Shown here piece after piece: positions 52,884 through 62,667 of a stretch of 64,000 nucleotides of DNA. The notes beneath the pieces are model-generated. The model saw only the letters and a list, made by a program, of their open reading frames with translations. It ran no database searches and was not told the DNA's origin. Each line of letters opens with the position of its first letter. Positions within the stretch are counted from its first letter, which is position 1. The stretch is from an uncultured Pseudomonadota bacterium (GTDB lineage: Bacteria > Pseudomonadota > Alphaproteobacteria > JACZXZ01). The stretch lies in assembly GCA_963749075.1 (NCBI GenBank), contig CAVVLJ010000021.1:64001-128000 (forward strand), in the 5' to 3' direction. Made by a program: the position numbers and the translations under genes.

Positions 52884-53600
52884 ATGCGACCCTCCGGCCG
52901 CTCTCCCGACCAGCTTCGCGCCGTCAGCCTCGAGCCGCGCTTCAACAAATACGCCGAGGGCTCCTGCCTCGCCCGCTTCGGCGACACCCACGTGCTGTGC
53001 ACCGCGTCGGTCGAGGAGCGCGTGCCGCCGCACCTGCGCAACAGCGGCACCGGCTGGATCACCGCGGAATACGGCATGCTGCCGCGCTCGACCGGCACGC
53101 GCACCGACCGCGAGGCGGCGCGCGGCCGGCAGAGCGGCCGAACCATGGAGATCCAGCGCCTGATCGGCCGCGCGCTCCGCGCCGTGACCGACCTTAGCGG
53201 CTTCGGCGAGCGCGCCATCCGCATCGACTGCGACGTGCTGCAGGCGGACGGCGGCACGCGCACGGCGGCGATCACCGGGAGCTACGTCGCCCTCCATCTC
53301 GCCTTCCAGCACCTCATCAAGACCGGCCTCCTCGACCGCGTGCCGCTCACCGACCAGGTGGCGGCGGTCTCTTGCGGACTCTATGCCACGATACCAGTTC
53401 TCGATCTCGACTATGCCGAGGACAGCAAGGCCGAGGCGGACGCCAATTTCGTCCTGACGGCGGGCGGCCGCCTCGTCGAGGTGCAGGCGAGCGCCGAGAA
53501 GCATCCCTTCGAGCGCCGGGCCTTCGAGGCCCTGCTGGCGCTGGCCGAGAAGGGCATTGCCGAGTTGGCGCTCCTGCAGCGCGCAGCACTCGGGCAATGA
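52884..53600 (+). CDS. rph: Ribonuclease PH
   Basis: MRPSGR..DQLR, TAEY.MLP, QRLIGR.LR, QADGGTR. Confidence 0.96.
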   Translation: MRPSGRSPDQLRAVSLEPRFNKYAEGSCLARFGDTHVLCTASVEERVPPHLRNSGTGWITAEYGMLPRSTGTRTDREAARGRQSGRTMEIQRLIGRALRAVTDLSGFGERAIRIDCDVLQADGGTRTAAITGSYVALHLAFQHLIKTGLLDRVPLTDQVAAVSCGLYATIPVLDLDYAEDSKAEADANFVLTAGGRLVEVQASAEKHPFERRAFEALLALAEKGIAELALLQRAALGQ

Positions 53601-53627
53601 CGCCGCCGAACAAGGACGGAGCAGGCC

Positions 53628-54227
53628 GTGTCGAGACGCTTCGCCGGCGCCAAGCTGGTCATCGCCAGCCACAATGAGGGCAAGGTGCGCGAGATCGCGG
53701 ATCTGCTGGCACCCTACGACGTGGAGACCGTAGCCGCCCGCACCCTCGGCTTAGCCGAGCCCAAGGAGACGGGTGCCACCTTCCTCGCCAATTCCGAGCT
53801 CAAGGCGCTGGCCGCCGCGCGCGCGAGCCAGCTCCCTGCCCTGGCCGACGATTCAGGGCTCGTGATCCCGGCGCTCGACGGCGCTCCCGGCATCAACTCG
53901 GCGCGCTGGGCCGGGCGCAAGCGCGACTTCGCCAAGGCCATCGCGCGCGTCGAGAAGGCGCTCGGGGGCAAGCCGGAGTGCTCCGCCCATTTCGTCTGCG
54001 CCCTCAGCCTGGCGTGGCCGGACGGCCACGCGGAGAGCTTCGAGGGCCGCGCCGACGGCGAGGTCGTCTTCCCGCCGCGCGGAGAGAAGGGCTTCGGCTA
54101 CGACCCCATCTTCCGGCCGACGGGCTATCAGGTGACCTACGGCGAGATGGAGCCGGCGGCCAAATACGCCATCAGCCACCGCGCCGACGCCCTGCGCAAG
54201 CTGATCGCCGCCTGCTTCGCGGCATGA
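53628..54227 (+). CDS. rdgB: dITP/XTP pyrophosphatase
   Basis: ASHN.GK, ADDSGL, GFGYDP.F, ISHR. Confidence 0.95.
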   Translation: MSRRFAGAKLVIASHNEGKVREIADLLAPYDVETVAARTLGLAEPKETGATFLANSELKALAAARASQLPALADDSGLVIPALDGAPGINSARWAGRKRDFAKAIARVEKALGGKPECSAHFVCALSLAWPDGHAESFEGRADGEVVFPPRGEKGFGYDPIFRPTGYQVTYGEMEPAAKYAISHRADALRKLIAACFAA

Positions 54228-55426
54228 GCCCCAAGGCGCACGGCGAGGCGCACGGCGCGGAGACTCCCGGCGAGGACGAGCCCGGCTTGGCGGTCTACGT
54301 CCATTGGCCCTTCTGCCTCGCGAAATGCCCCTATTGCGATTTCAACAGCCACGTGCGCGCGCGCGTCGACGAGGCCCGCTGGCGCGCGGCACTCCTGGCC
54401 GAGCTCGACCATTACGCGGCCGAGACCGCGGGGCGCACCGTCACCAGCCTCTTCCTCGGCGGCGGCACGCCCTCGCTCATGGCGCCCGAGACCGTGGCCG
54501 CGATCATCGCGCGCGTCCTTGCGCGCTGGACGGCCGCCCCCGACATCGAGGTGACGCTCGAGGCCAACCCGACCTCGGTCGAGGCCGGCCGCTTCGCCGG
54601 CTATGCCGCGGCCGGCGTCAATCGCCTCTCGCTCGGCGTGCAGGCGCTCGACGATGCCTCGCTCGCCTTCCTCGGCCGCCGCCACTCGGCAGCCGAGGCG
54701 CTCGCCGCCGTGGCGCTCGCGGGGCGGCACTTCCCGCGCACGAGCTTCGATCTCATCTATGCGCGGCCCGGCCAGAGCGTCGCTGCCTGGTGCCATGAGC
54801 TCGCCCGTGCGCTTCCGCACGCACGCGGCCACCTCTCGGTCTATCAGCTCACCATCGAGCCGGAGACCGTGTTCGCGCAAGCCCATGCGCGAGGCGACTT
54901 CGTTCTCCCCGACGAGGGCACCGCGGCAGCACTCTACGAGGCGACCCAGGAGGTGCTCGAGCGTGCCGGCCTGCCGGCCTACGAGATCTCGAACCACGCA
55001 GCGCCCGGCCAGGAGTCGCGCCACAACCTCAGCTATTGGCGCTACGGCGATTACGTGGGCGTCGGCCCCGGCGCCCATGGGCGCTTGACGATCGACGGCA
55101 CGCGCTTCGCGACCCGCCAGCACCGTGCGCCCGAAGCCTGGCTCGAACGCGTCGAGCAGCACGGCCACGCCACGCGCACGCGCACGGCGCTCAGCGCGGA
55201 CGAGCTCGTGGAGGAGATGCTGATGATGGGCCTGCGCCTCGCCGAAGGCGTGAGCCGCAGGCGCTTCCGCTCGGTCACGGGCAGCGAGCTCGAGTCCGCG
55301 CTCGACGGCGCCCGCCTGGCGCGCCTCGCCGACGGCGGCTTCCTCGCGCTTGACGCCCGCGGCCTCCGCGCCACCGCCGCCGGCCGCCAGCGCCTCAACG
55401 CGGTGCTCGGGGCGCTCCTCGCGTAA
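54224..55426 (+). CDS. hemW: Radical SAM heme chaperone HemW
   Basis: [30 protein letters not shown]. Confidence 0.93.
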   Translation: MSPKAHGEAHGAETPGEDEPGLAVYVHWPFCLAKCPYCDFNSHVRARVDEARWRAALLAELDHYAAETAGRTVTSLFLGGGTPSLMAPETVAAIIARVLARWTAAPDIEVTLEANPTSVEAGRFAGYAAAGVNRLSLGVQALDDASLAFLGRRHSAAEALAAVALAGRHFPRTSFDLIYARPGQSVAAWCHELARALPHARGHLSVYQLTIEPETVFAQAHARGDFVLPDEGTAAALYEATQEVLERAGLPAYEISNHAAPGQESRHNLSYWRYGDYVGVGPGAHGRLTIDGTRFATRQHRAPEAWLERVEQHGHATRTRTALSADELVEEMLMMGLRLAEGVSRRRFRSVTGSELESALDGARLARLADGGFLALDARGLRATAAGRQRLNAVLGALLA

Positions 55427-55438
55427 AGGCGCGATCCG

Positions 55439-55566
55439 TTAGAGCATGATCCGATCAGGTTGAAACACCCGCCGTCACCCCGCGAAAGCGGGGGTCCAGA
55501 CGCTGCTGGATTCCCGCTTTCGCGGGAATGACGAGGTGCATATGCGATTCAATTTGACTGGATCAC
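55439..55566. repeat. Nested palindromic REP-like element
   Basis: cgtcaccccgcgaaagcgggg...cccgctttcgcgggaatgacg inside an outer tgatcc...ggatca repeat. Confidence 0.75.
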
Positions 55567-55580
55567 GCGCCTGCTACCCC

Positions 55581-57047
55581 CTACTGCCCCGCGAAGCTGG
55601 TGGGCGCCGGGCTCACCACCTTGGGCGCGTCGCGCTGCACCTCGAGCACGGCTAAGCCGCGCTCATTGAGGCCGTCGGGGCGGAAGCGGAAGATGCCGTC
55701 GAGGCCGCTGAAGCCCTCGTCGCTGGTGAGCGCGTGGATGCTGAAATCGGGGCCGCCCTGGGCATGGTCGAGGGCCAGCGCCAGCGCGGTGGCGTCGTAG
55801 CCGAGGGTGGCGATGCGCGGCGGCTTGGCGCCGTAGAGCGCGGCATAGTGCTGCTCGAAGGTGGCGCGCGCCGCGGGCTCGGGTGCGGCGTACCAGCCGC
55901 CGACGAGGGCGGGCTCCGTGGCGAGGTGCCTATCGTCCCACAGGCCGGTGCCGAGGAGCCGCACGCGCGCGGGATCGATGTCGTAGTAGGGGAGGAGCGG
56001 TGCCAGGGCCAGGAGACGCTCGCCGCCCTCGGGCAGCATGATGGCGTCGAAGCCGACGCCGCCCACCCCCTCGTCGGCCTCGAGGCGCTGGAGGGCCTGC
56101 TTCGAGACCTCGTCGTCCTTCTTCTCGAGGACCTTCTTCTGGGCGAGGTAAGCGGCGTGCCGGCTCTCGTAATTGCCGAGCTGGCGCACCACCTGCGCGG
56201 CATCGCCGGCCCCGGGGTCGTAGGTCGCGATCTGGTCGATGTCGCCGCCCGCGTCGCTCACGGCGTCGCGGAGGAGCGCCGAGATGGCGTCGCCGTAGGG
56301 CGTGTCGGGCACGATCGCGGCGAAGCGGCTCAAGCCCTGCTCGTGGGCGTAGCTCACCACGCGCCGCACCTGGCTCCTCGGCAGGAAGCCCATGAGAAAG
56401 ACGCCCTGGCCGGCCGCGTGCTCGTCGGTCGAGAAGGCCACCACGCTGACGCCGGCAGCACGCGCAATGGGTGCCGCAGCCGTCACCTCGCCGGAGAAGA
56501 ACGGGCCGAGGATGAGGCGCGCGCCGGCGTCGAGCGCCGAGCGCGTGGCGCGCGCGGCACCGTCGGGCGTGCCCCCCGTATCGCGCGGCAGAAGTGCGAA
56601 GTGATCGCCTGCGATATCGAAGAGCGCCAGCTGCGCCGCATTGAGGAGGGCATTGCCGAGGGCAGCTCCCTGGCCGCTCAAGGGCAAGAGCAAGCCGACC
56701 TTGACGGTCTCGCCCTCGGCCAAGGGCGGCGGTGCGAGGCCCGGAGCGGCGCCCGGCACCGGGCTCGTCCCGGACGGCACCGGCTCGACGGTCACGGGTG
56801 CGACCGGCGCCGAGGCGGCCGGCGGCGAGCTCTCGGCGGGCGGCGGCGGCGGCACGGCGGCGGCCGGCGGCGGCGGCGCGCGCCGTGCCGGCGGCGTGGG
56901 CATCGTCGGCGTCCATTGCAGTTCGTGACCGCTCTCGGCTAGGCTTCGGTTCTGGCAGCCATCGAATGCCACGAGCGCGAGCCATGCCACGAGCAAGGCG
57001 CAGGCGCGGAGCGGCAGCGACCTCCCGGCTATCGCAAGGCAGCGCAA
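55581..57047 (-). CDS. Penicillin-binding protein activator (LpoA/LppC-like periplasmic binding fold)
   Basis: KVGLLLPLSG, DT.GT, LILGP, LGYDA, F.G.DGIFRF..DG..ERGLAV; start uncertain. Confidence 0.85.
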   Translation of the reverse strand: MRCLAIAGRSLPLRACALLVAWLALVAFDGCQNRSLAESGHELQWTPTMPTPPARRAPPPPAAAVPPPPPAESSPPAASAPVAPVTVEPVPSGTSPVPGAAPGLAPPPLAEGETVKVGLLLPLSGQGAALGNALLNAAQLALFDIAGDHFALLPRDTGGTPDGAARATRSALDAGARLILGPFFSGEVTAAAPIARAAGVSVVAFSTDEHAAGQGVFLMGFLPRSQVRRVVSYAHEQGLSRFAAIVPDTPYGDAISALLRDAVSDAGGDIDQIATYDPGAGDAAQVVRQLGNYESRHAAYLAQKKVLEKKDDEVSKQALQRLEADEGVGGVGFDAIMLPEGGERLLALAPLLPYYDIDPARVRLLGTGLWDDRHLATEPALVGGWYAAPEPAARATFEQHYAALYGAKPPRIATLGYDATALALALDHAQGGPDFSIHALTSDEGFSGLDGIFRFRPDGLNERGLAVLEVQRDAPKVVSPAPTSFAGQ

Positions 57048-57050
57048 CGA

Positions 57051-57982
<932 letters not shown>

Positions 57983-57986
<4 letters not shown>

Positions 57987-58405
57987 GCGACGCCCGGCGC
58001 CAGCGCGCCTACCGGCACGGCCGCTTCTCCGAGGCGCTCTGCCGCATCGTGCTGCGCGTCAAGGGCTATCGCATCCTCGCCTGCGGCTTCCGCGTGAAGG
58101 CGGGCGAGATCGACATCGTGGCGCAGCGGGGACAAACGCTTGCCATCGTCGAGGTGAAGGCGCGCGCCACGCTCGCCGATGCGGCGGAGGCGGTGGGCGC
58201 GCGCCAGCGCCGGCGCATCGCGCGCGCGGCGAGCGCCTTCCTCGCCCGCCATCCGCCGGCGCGCGGGCTTGCCGTGCGCTTCGACGTGATGCTGGTGCGG
58301 CGCTGGCGCCTGCCGCGCCACGTGACGAACGCGTGGCGGCTCGAGGACGCCTCGCTGCCGCGAGCGCGCACCCCTCACACGGCGCGTGACCGCGCGCGAT
58401 TTTGA
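57983..58405 (+). CDS. yraN: YraN family protein
   Basis: GEIDIVA, VEVKAR, RFDV. Confidence 0.9.
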
Positions 58406-58467
58406 CGCTAAGAATCGGGGACGCTAGGAATCGGGGACGCTAGGAATCGAGGACGCCAAGAGTCCGC
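58404..58467 (+). repeat. 16-bp tandem repeat, three copies plus a degenerate fourth
   Basis: GACGCTAAGAATCGGG / GACGCTAGGAATCGGG / GACGCTAGGAATCGAG / GACGCCAAGAGTCCGC. Confidence 0.85.
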
Positions 58468-58496
58468 GGGAGCGGAAAGCGGGGGACGGCATCCGC

Positions 58497-59363
58497 ATGG
58501 AGACGTGGTCGAGCCAGGGAACGGGCGAGCCCGACGATCCGCGCGACTATCTGCGGCGCGTAGGCGCGCTGCCGGACGAGGCGATCGACCTTGCCGAGGC
58601 CGCACTCCGCCTGGCGTCGCTCGACCGGCCGCATGTGCCGCTCGAGCGCTACCGCCATCACTTGGCACTCCTCGTGCGCGACGTGGCGGAGGCGGGCCGC
58701 GGCAGCCTCGCAGCACACGACACGCTCGAGGCGCGCATCGCGGCGGTCAATCACGTGATGTACGCGCGCCACGGCTATCGCGGCGACAGCCTGCATTACG
58801 ACGACCTGCAGAACGCCAACCTGATGCGGGTGATCGACCGGAGGCGCGGCCTGCCGGTGTCGCTCAGCATCCTCTACATCCACCTGGCGCGCGCGCAGGG
58901 CTGGCAGGTGGCGGGCATCATGTTCCCGGCGCACTTCATGGTGCGCCTCGAGCACGGCGGCAGGCGCGCCATCATCGATCCCTTCAACGAGGGCGTCCTG
59001 CGCGAGGTCTCGGAGCTGCGCGAGATGCTCAAGTCGAGCCACGGCGAGGGCGCCGAGCTCAGCCCCAGCCACTATGCGCCGGTCGGCAACCGCGACGTCA
59101 TCATGCGGCTCCAGGGCAATCTCAAACTGCGCCTCTCCCAATCGGGCGACCATGCGCGGGCGCTCGCCGTCGTCGAGAGCATGCTGCTCTTCGCGCCCAA
59201 GGAGGCGAGCCTGTGGCACGAGGCGGGCGCCTTCAACGCCAAGCTCGGCAATCTGCGCGCGGCGATCGCAGCACTCGAGACGTTCCTCGGCAGCGCCGGG
59301 CAGGCCGGCGCCAAGCATCAGGCGGCCGCCCTCCTCCAGCAGCTGCGCGCGCGGCTCAACTAG
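58497..59363 (+). CDS. SirB1/transglutaminase-like protein with TPR
   Basis: Y.D..N.NL..V.DRRRGLPV.L, FP.HF, IDPF. Confidence 0.88.
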   Translation: METWSSQGTGEPDDPRDYLRRVGALPDEAIDLAEAALRLASLDRPHVPLERYRHHLALLVRDVAEAGRGSLAAHDTLEARIAAVNHVMYARHGYRGDSLHYDDLQNANLMRVIDRRRGLPVSLSILYIHLARAQGWQVAGIMFPAHFMVRLEHGGRRAIIDPFNEGVLREVSELREMLKSSHGEGAELSPSHYAPVGNRDVIMRLQGNLKLRLSQSGDHARALAVVESMLLFAPKEASLWHEAGAFNAKLGNLRAAIAALETFLGSAGQAGAKHQAAALLQQLRARLN

Positions 59364-59386
59364 CGGCGCGCGGCGAGTAGCGAGCC

Positions 59387-60352
59387 ATGAGCCTAGCGGT
59401 CGCCATCCAGATGGACCCCATCGAGTCGGTCAACATCGACACCGACAGCACCTTCGTCATGGCGCTCGAGGCGCAGCGGCGCGGCCACGCGCTCTGGCAC
59501 TATCTGCCGCAGCACCTCATGCTGCGCGACGGGCGGCTCTATGCGCGGGCGCGCCGGCTCGAGGTGCGGCGCCGGCAGGGCAATCACTTCACCCTCGGCG
59601 GCTTCGAGACGCTCGACCTCTCGACCATGGACATCGTGCTGATGCGCCAGGATCCGCCCTTCGACATGGCCTACATCACGGCGACCCATCTCCTCGAGCA
59701 CATCCAGCCCGAGACCCTCGTGCTCAACGACCCCGCGCACGTGCGCAACGCGCCCGAGAAGCTCTTCGTCACCCACTTCAGGGAGGTCATGCCGCCGACC
59801 CTGATCGCGAGCGACAAGCCCGCGATCGAGGCGTTCCGCGCCGAGCACGGCGACATCGTGCTGAAGCCGCTCTTCGGCAACGGCGGCTCGGACGTCTTCC
59901 ACCTGACGCCCGCGGACGAGAACTTCAACGCCCTCATCGAGCTCTTCACCCGGCTCTACCGCGAGCCCATCATCGTGCAGCGCTACATCCCCGAGGTGCG
60001 CCAGGGCGACAAGCGCATCGTGCTGGTCGACGGCGTGCCGCTGGGTGCGGTGTCGCGGGTGCCCAAGGCGGGCGAGGCGCGCGCCAACCTCCACGTCGGC
60101 GCCGTCGCGGTCAAGGCCGGGCTCAGCGCGCGCGACAAGGAGATCTGCTCGGCGATCGGCCCCACGCTCAAGGAGCACGGCCTCGTCTTCGTCGGCATCG
60201 ACGTGATCGGCGACTACCTCACCGAGATCAACGTCACCTCGCCGACCGGCATCCAGGAGATCAACCGCCTCGACGGCGTCGCCCTCGAGATCCCGCTCTG
60301 GGAGGCCATCGAGGCGCGCTTCCAGGCGCGCCACCCGCTCCGGCCGATGTGA
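59387..60352 (+). CDS. gshB: Glutathione synthetase
   Basis: QMDPI, MRQDPPFD, GDKR, EINVTSPT. Confidence 0.96.
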   Translation: MSLAVAIQMDPIESVNIDTDSTFVMALEAQRRGHALWHYLPQHLMLRDGRLYARARRLEVRRRQGNHFTLGGFETLDLSTMDIVLMRQDPPFDMAYITATHLLEHIQPETLVLNDPAHVRNAPEKLFVTHFREVMPPTLIASDKPAIEAFRAEHGDIVLKPLFGNGGSDVFHLTPADENFNALIELFTRLYREPIIVQRYIPEVRQGDKRIVLVDGVPLGAVSRVPKAGEARANLHVGAVAVKAGLSARDKEICSAIGPTLKEHGLVFVGIDVIGDYLTEINVTSPTGIQEINRLDGVALEIPLWEAIEARFQARHPLRPM

Positions 60353-60385
60353 GGGGCGCGTAGAGCGGCGTGCGAGCGACGCCTC

Positions 60386-60400
60386 TTCCAATTTTTGGAA
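60386..60400. promoter_or_regulatory. Palindromic operator upstream of higBA
   Basis: TTCCAA-TTT-TTGGAA. Confidence 0.55.
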
Positions 60401-60420
60401 TTTTGTGCCATGCTTCGGCA

Positions 60421-60732
60421 ATGTTCGTCATCGGCACGGAGGTCGTCGAGCGCTACTTCAGAACTCACGCTGGCCACAAAGGGATCAAAACCGCGCGGAT
60501 GCAATACAACGCCTGGCTTGCCATTGCGGGCGGTGCTCGATGGCGCAACCCGGAGAATGTCAAGGCGTCCTATCCAAAAGCGAGCATTCTCAAGGGCAGC
60601 CGAGTGGTGTTCAACATCAAGGGCAATGACTACAGATTGATTGCGGCCGTTCAGTATCGGGCAGGAGTCCTGGCAATTCGATTCTTCGGGACCCATTCCG
60701 AGTACGATAAAGTCGACGCGGAGACCGTGTAA
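60421..60732 (+). CDS. higB: HigB toxin
   Basis: W.NP..VK..YP.AS, RVVFNIKGNDYRLI, GTHSEYDK. Confidence 0.92.
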   Translation: MFVIGTEVVERYFRTHAGHKGIKTARMQYNAWLAIAGGARWRNPENVKASYPKASILKGSRVVFNIKGNDYRLIAAVQYRAGVLAIRFFGTHSEYDKVDAETV

Positions 60733-61133
60733 TGGATGCAACCCTGATCTTGATCGAGAACGATGCGGAACTCGCCCGCGCTCGCGCACTCGTCGACCAG
60801 CTGTGGAACTCGAACGATCCGGCCAACAACGCCCGGTTGGAGGCACAAGCGCGCCTGATCGCCGCCTATGAGGAGAAGAAATGGCCTCGCCGGCAGCCGA
60901 GCGCGGCTGATCTGATCCGCCACCTCATGGACCAGCACGGCCTCACGCGCGCGGACCTGGTTCCGATCCTGGGCACTCCGAGCCGCGTGAGCGAGGTCCT
61001 GCGGGGCAAGAAGGGATTGAGCATGGCGATGGTGCAGCGTCTGCGCGCTCGTTTCCGCGTGCCGGCCAACGTGCTCCTTCCGCCTTTGCGGAAAACATCG
61101 GGAAAGCGCCCGACGAAGCGTGCCGCTGCCTGA
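60732..61133 (+). CDS. higA: HigA antitoxin
   Basis: LI.AYE, LMDQHGLT..DL...G..SRVSEVL.GK..LS. Confidence 0.9.
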   Translation: MDATLILIENDAELARARALVDQLWNSNDPANNARLEAQARLIAAYEEKKWPRRQPSAADLIRHLMDQHGLTRADLVPILGTPSRVSEVLRGKKGLSMAMVQRLRARFRVPANVLLPPLRKTSGKRPTKRAAA

Positions 61134-61281
61134 CCCGAGCCGTAGCCTTGGAGATAGCTCGGCAGGGACGGCTAAGCCAAGCTCGCGACGGTGCTCGAGG
61201 AAAAAAGCGTTCCCGGCTTGAGGCTGCGCGCATCATGGCTCCGGATCGAGCATGAGGCTCACGGCGGCCCTCATGGCGTTC

Positions 61282-61310
61282 TTGCAGTGAGTACTGAATA
61301 TCAGTATATT
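61282..61310 (+). promoter_or_regulatory. Sigma-70 promoter with overlapping palindrome
   Basis: TTGCAG-N17-TATATT; TACTGA-ata-TCAGTA. Confidence 0.6.
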
Positions 61311-61327
61311 CAGGGCTGGGGCAAGCG

Positions 61328-61594
61328 ATGGACTTCGAGTGGGACGACGCCAAGGAGCACGCCAACCGGAAGAAGCACGGCCTCGACTTCTGAACCGCCG
61401 CCAAGGTGTTCTTGGACCCGCACGTGATCGAGTTTGACGATCGCGGTGCCGACGGCAAGCTGCGCTTCAACGCGTTTGGCTTGGTCGAAGGCCGGATGCT
61501 CTTCGTGACTTGCACGATGAGAGCGGCCGTCGTCCGCATCATATCCGCCAGAGGGGCAGAGCCGCATGAAAAAAGGAAGTACCGCGAGCTTTAG
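61328..61594 (+). pseudogene. brnT: BrnT toxin with in-frame TGA at 61391-61393
   Basis: MDFEWDDAK...NRKKHGLDF*TAAKVFLDP...VRIISAR.A...E...Y. Confidence 0.85.
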
Positions 61595-61922
61595 GCTCAA
61601 TCCGAAGAAGCCGCCAAGGACCGATTGGCGGACCTTCGACGCCATGAGCGAGGAGAAGCGCCATCAGGCGGCACTCTCCGACCCCGACTGTCCGCCCGCG
61701 ACCGAGGCGCAGCTTGCCGGCGCTCGCCGCGTCCCGACTGTCCGTGCCTTGCGCAAGAAGCTGAATGTGACGCAGGAGGAGTTCGCAGCGCGGTTCCACC
61801 TGCCGCTCGGTACCGTCCGCGACTGGGAGCAAGGCGCCCATCGGCCGGACAAGGCGGCTCAAGTGCTTCTGACAGTCATCGCGAAAGACCCCGACGCCGT
61901 GGCCCGCGCTCTCGAAAGTTAG
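61566..61922 (+). CDS. XRE-HTH antitoxin
   Basis: ALSDPD.PP, TQEEFA.RF.LPLGTVRDWEQG...PD. Confidence 0.85.
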   Translation: MKKGSTASFRLNPKKPPRTDWRTFDAMSEEKRHQAALSDPDCPPATEAQLAGARRVPTVRALRKKLNVTQEEFAARFHLPLGTVRDWEQGAHRPDKAAQVLLTVIAKDPDAVARALES

Positions 61923-61974
61923 GGTAGCGGGAAATTGGAGAAAATGGCGCACTCAGAGTGGATTTCCCCCTCCC

Positions 61975-62009
61975 GGCGCGCCACCCTCTCGGGCCGGTGT
62001 GAGGGGCGC
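61975..62009 (+). repeat. Diverged copy of the gshB 3' end and stop codon
   Basis: 35 bp with 3 mismatches to 60325-60359. Confidence 0.8.
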
Positions 62010-62039
62010 TAGGATCGGCGCCGCAGCCGAGCCTTACCA

Positions 62040-62273
62040 TCAGAGCAAATCCCGGAAATCCTCGACCGTCATGCCGGCCTGCCGGATGATGTTGCGGAGC
62101 GTTCCCGGCTTGAGGCTGCGCGTGCCATGGTAGGGCACCGTCACGGCGCGCAGGGGATCGCTTGGATGAGCGAGAATGTAATGGCTGCCTGACGTGCGTG
62201 CGATGACGAAGCCGGCGCGTCCAAGCGCGCGCAACACCTCACGGGCGGTCGCGACCGGCAGCCGGCCGCTCAT
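62040..62273 (-). CDS. hicA: HicA toxin
   Basis: L..AGF...R.SGSH, VTVP.H, L.PGTLR.IIRQAG. Confidence 0.92.
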   Translation of the reverse strand: MSGRLPVATAREVLRALGRAGFVIARTSGSHYILAHPSDPLRAVTVPYHGTRSLKPGTLRNIIRQAGMTVEDFRDLL

Positions 62274-62500
62274 GCGGCAATGGTGATCTTCCGTACCCTC
62301 GGAGACGCATCGGAAGGGACCGGAAGCCCATGCTCGCGGCGGTACTCGAGGACCAGCCGGATGGCGTCCTCCGCCATCCTGAGTGCTTCCTCCTCGGTCT
62401 CGCCTTCGGTCGCCACCTCCGGAAGGGCCGGCACCGAGACCGTGAAGCCGCCCTCGGGCTGCGGCTCCAGCACAACCGTGAAGTCCCGCATTTCAGTCAT
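62270..62500 (-). CDS. hicB: HicB antitoxin (short form)
   Basis: GGFTVSVPALP...TEGETEEEAL....DAI. Confidence 0.9.
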   Translation of the reverse strand: MTEMRDFTVVLEPQPEGGFTVSVPALPEVATEGETEEEALRMAEDAIRLVLEYRREHGLPVPSDASPRVRKITIAA

Positions 62501-62667
62501 TGCTGTTCGGCTGCTCCACGCGAGTTTGGCCCTGAACGAAATGGATCATACCATGCGCCAGCCCGTGCCGATATCGAATGACCTGCGCGGCAACGATGCG
62601 AAAGCTGGCGCCGCCCGATGCCGAGGCCTAAGATCGCGCGTGGGTTGAGGACGGGGGATGCCGTTCC

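Noticed and set aside
58404-58467. Possible CRISPR array
   Set aside because: Units are contiguous with no spacers, and there are no cas genes
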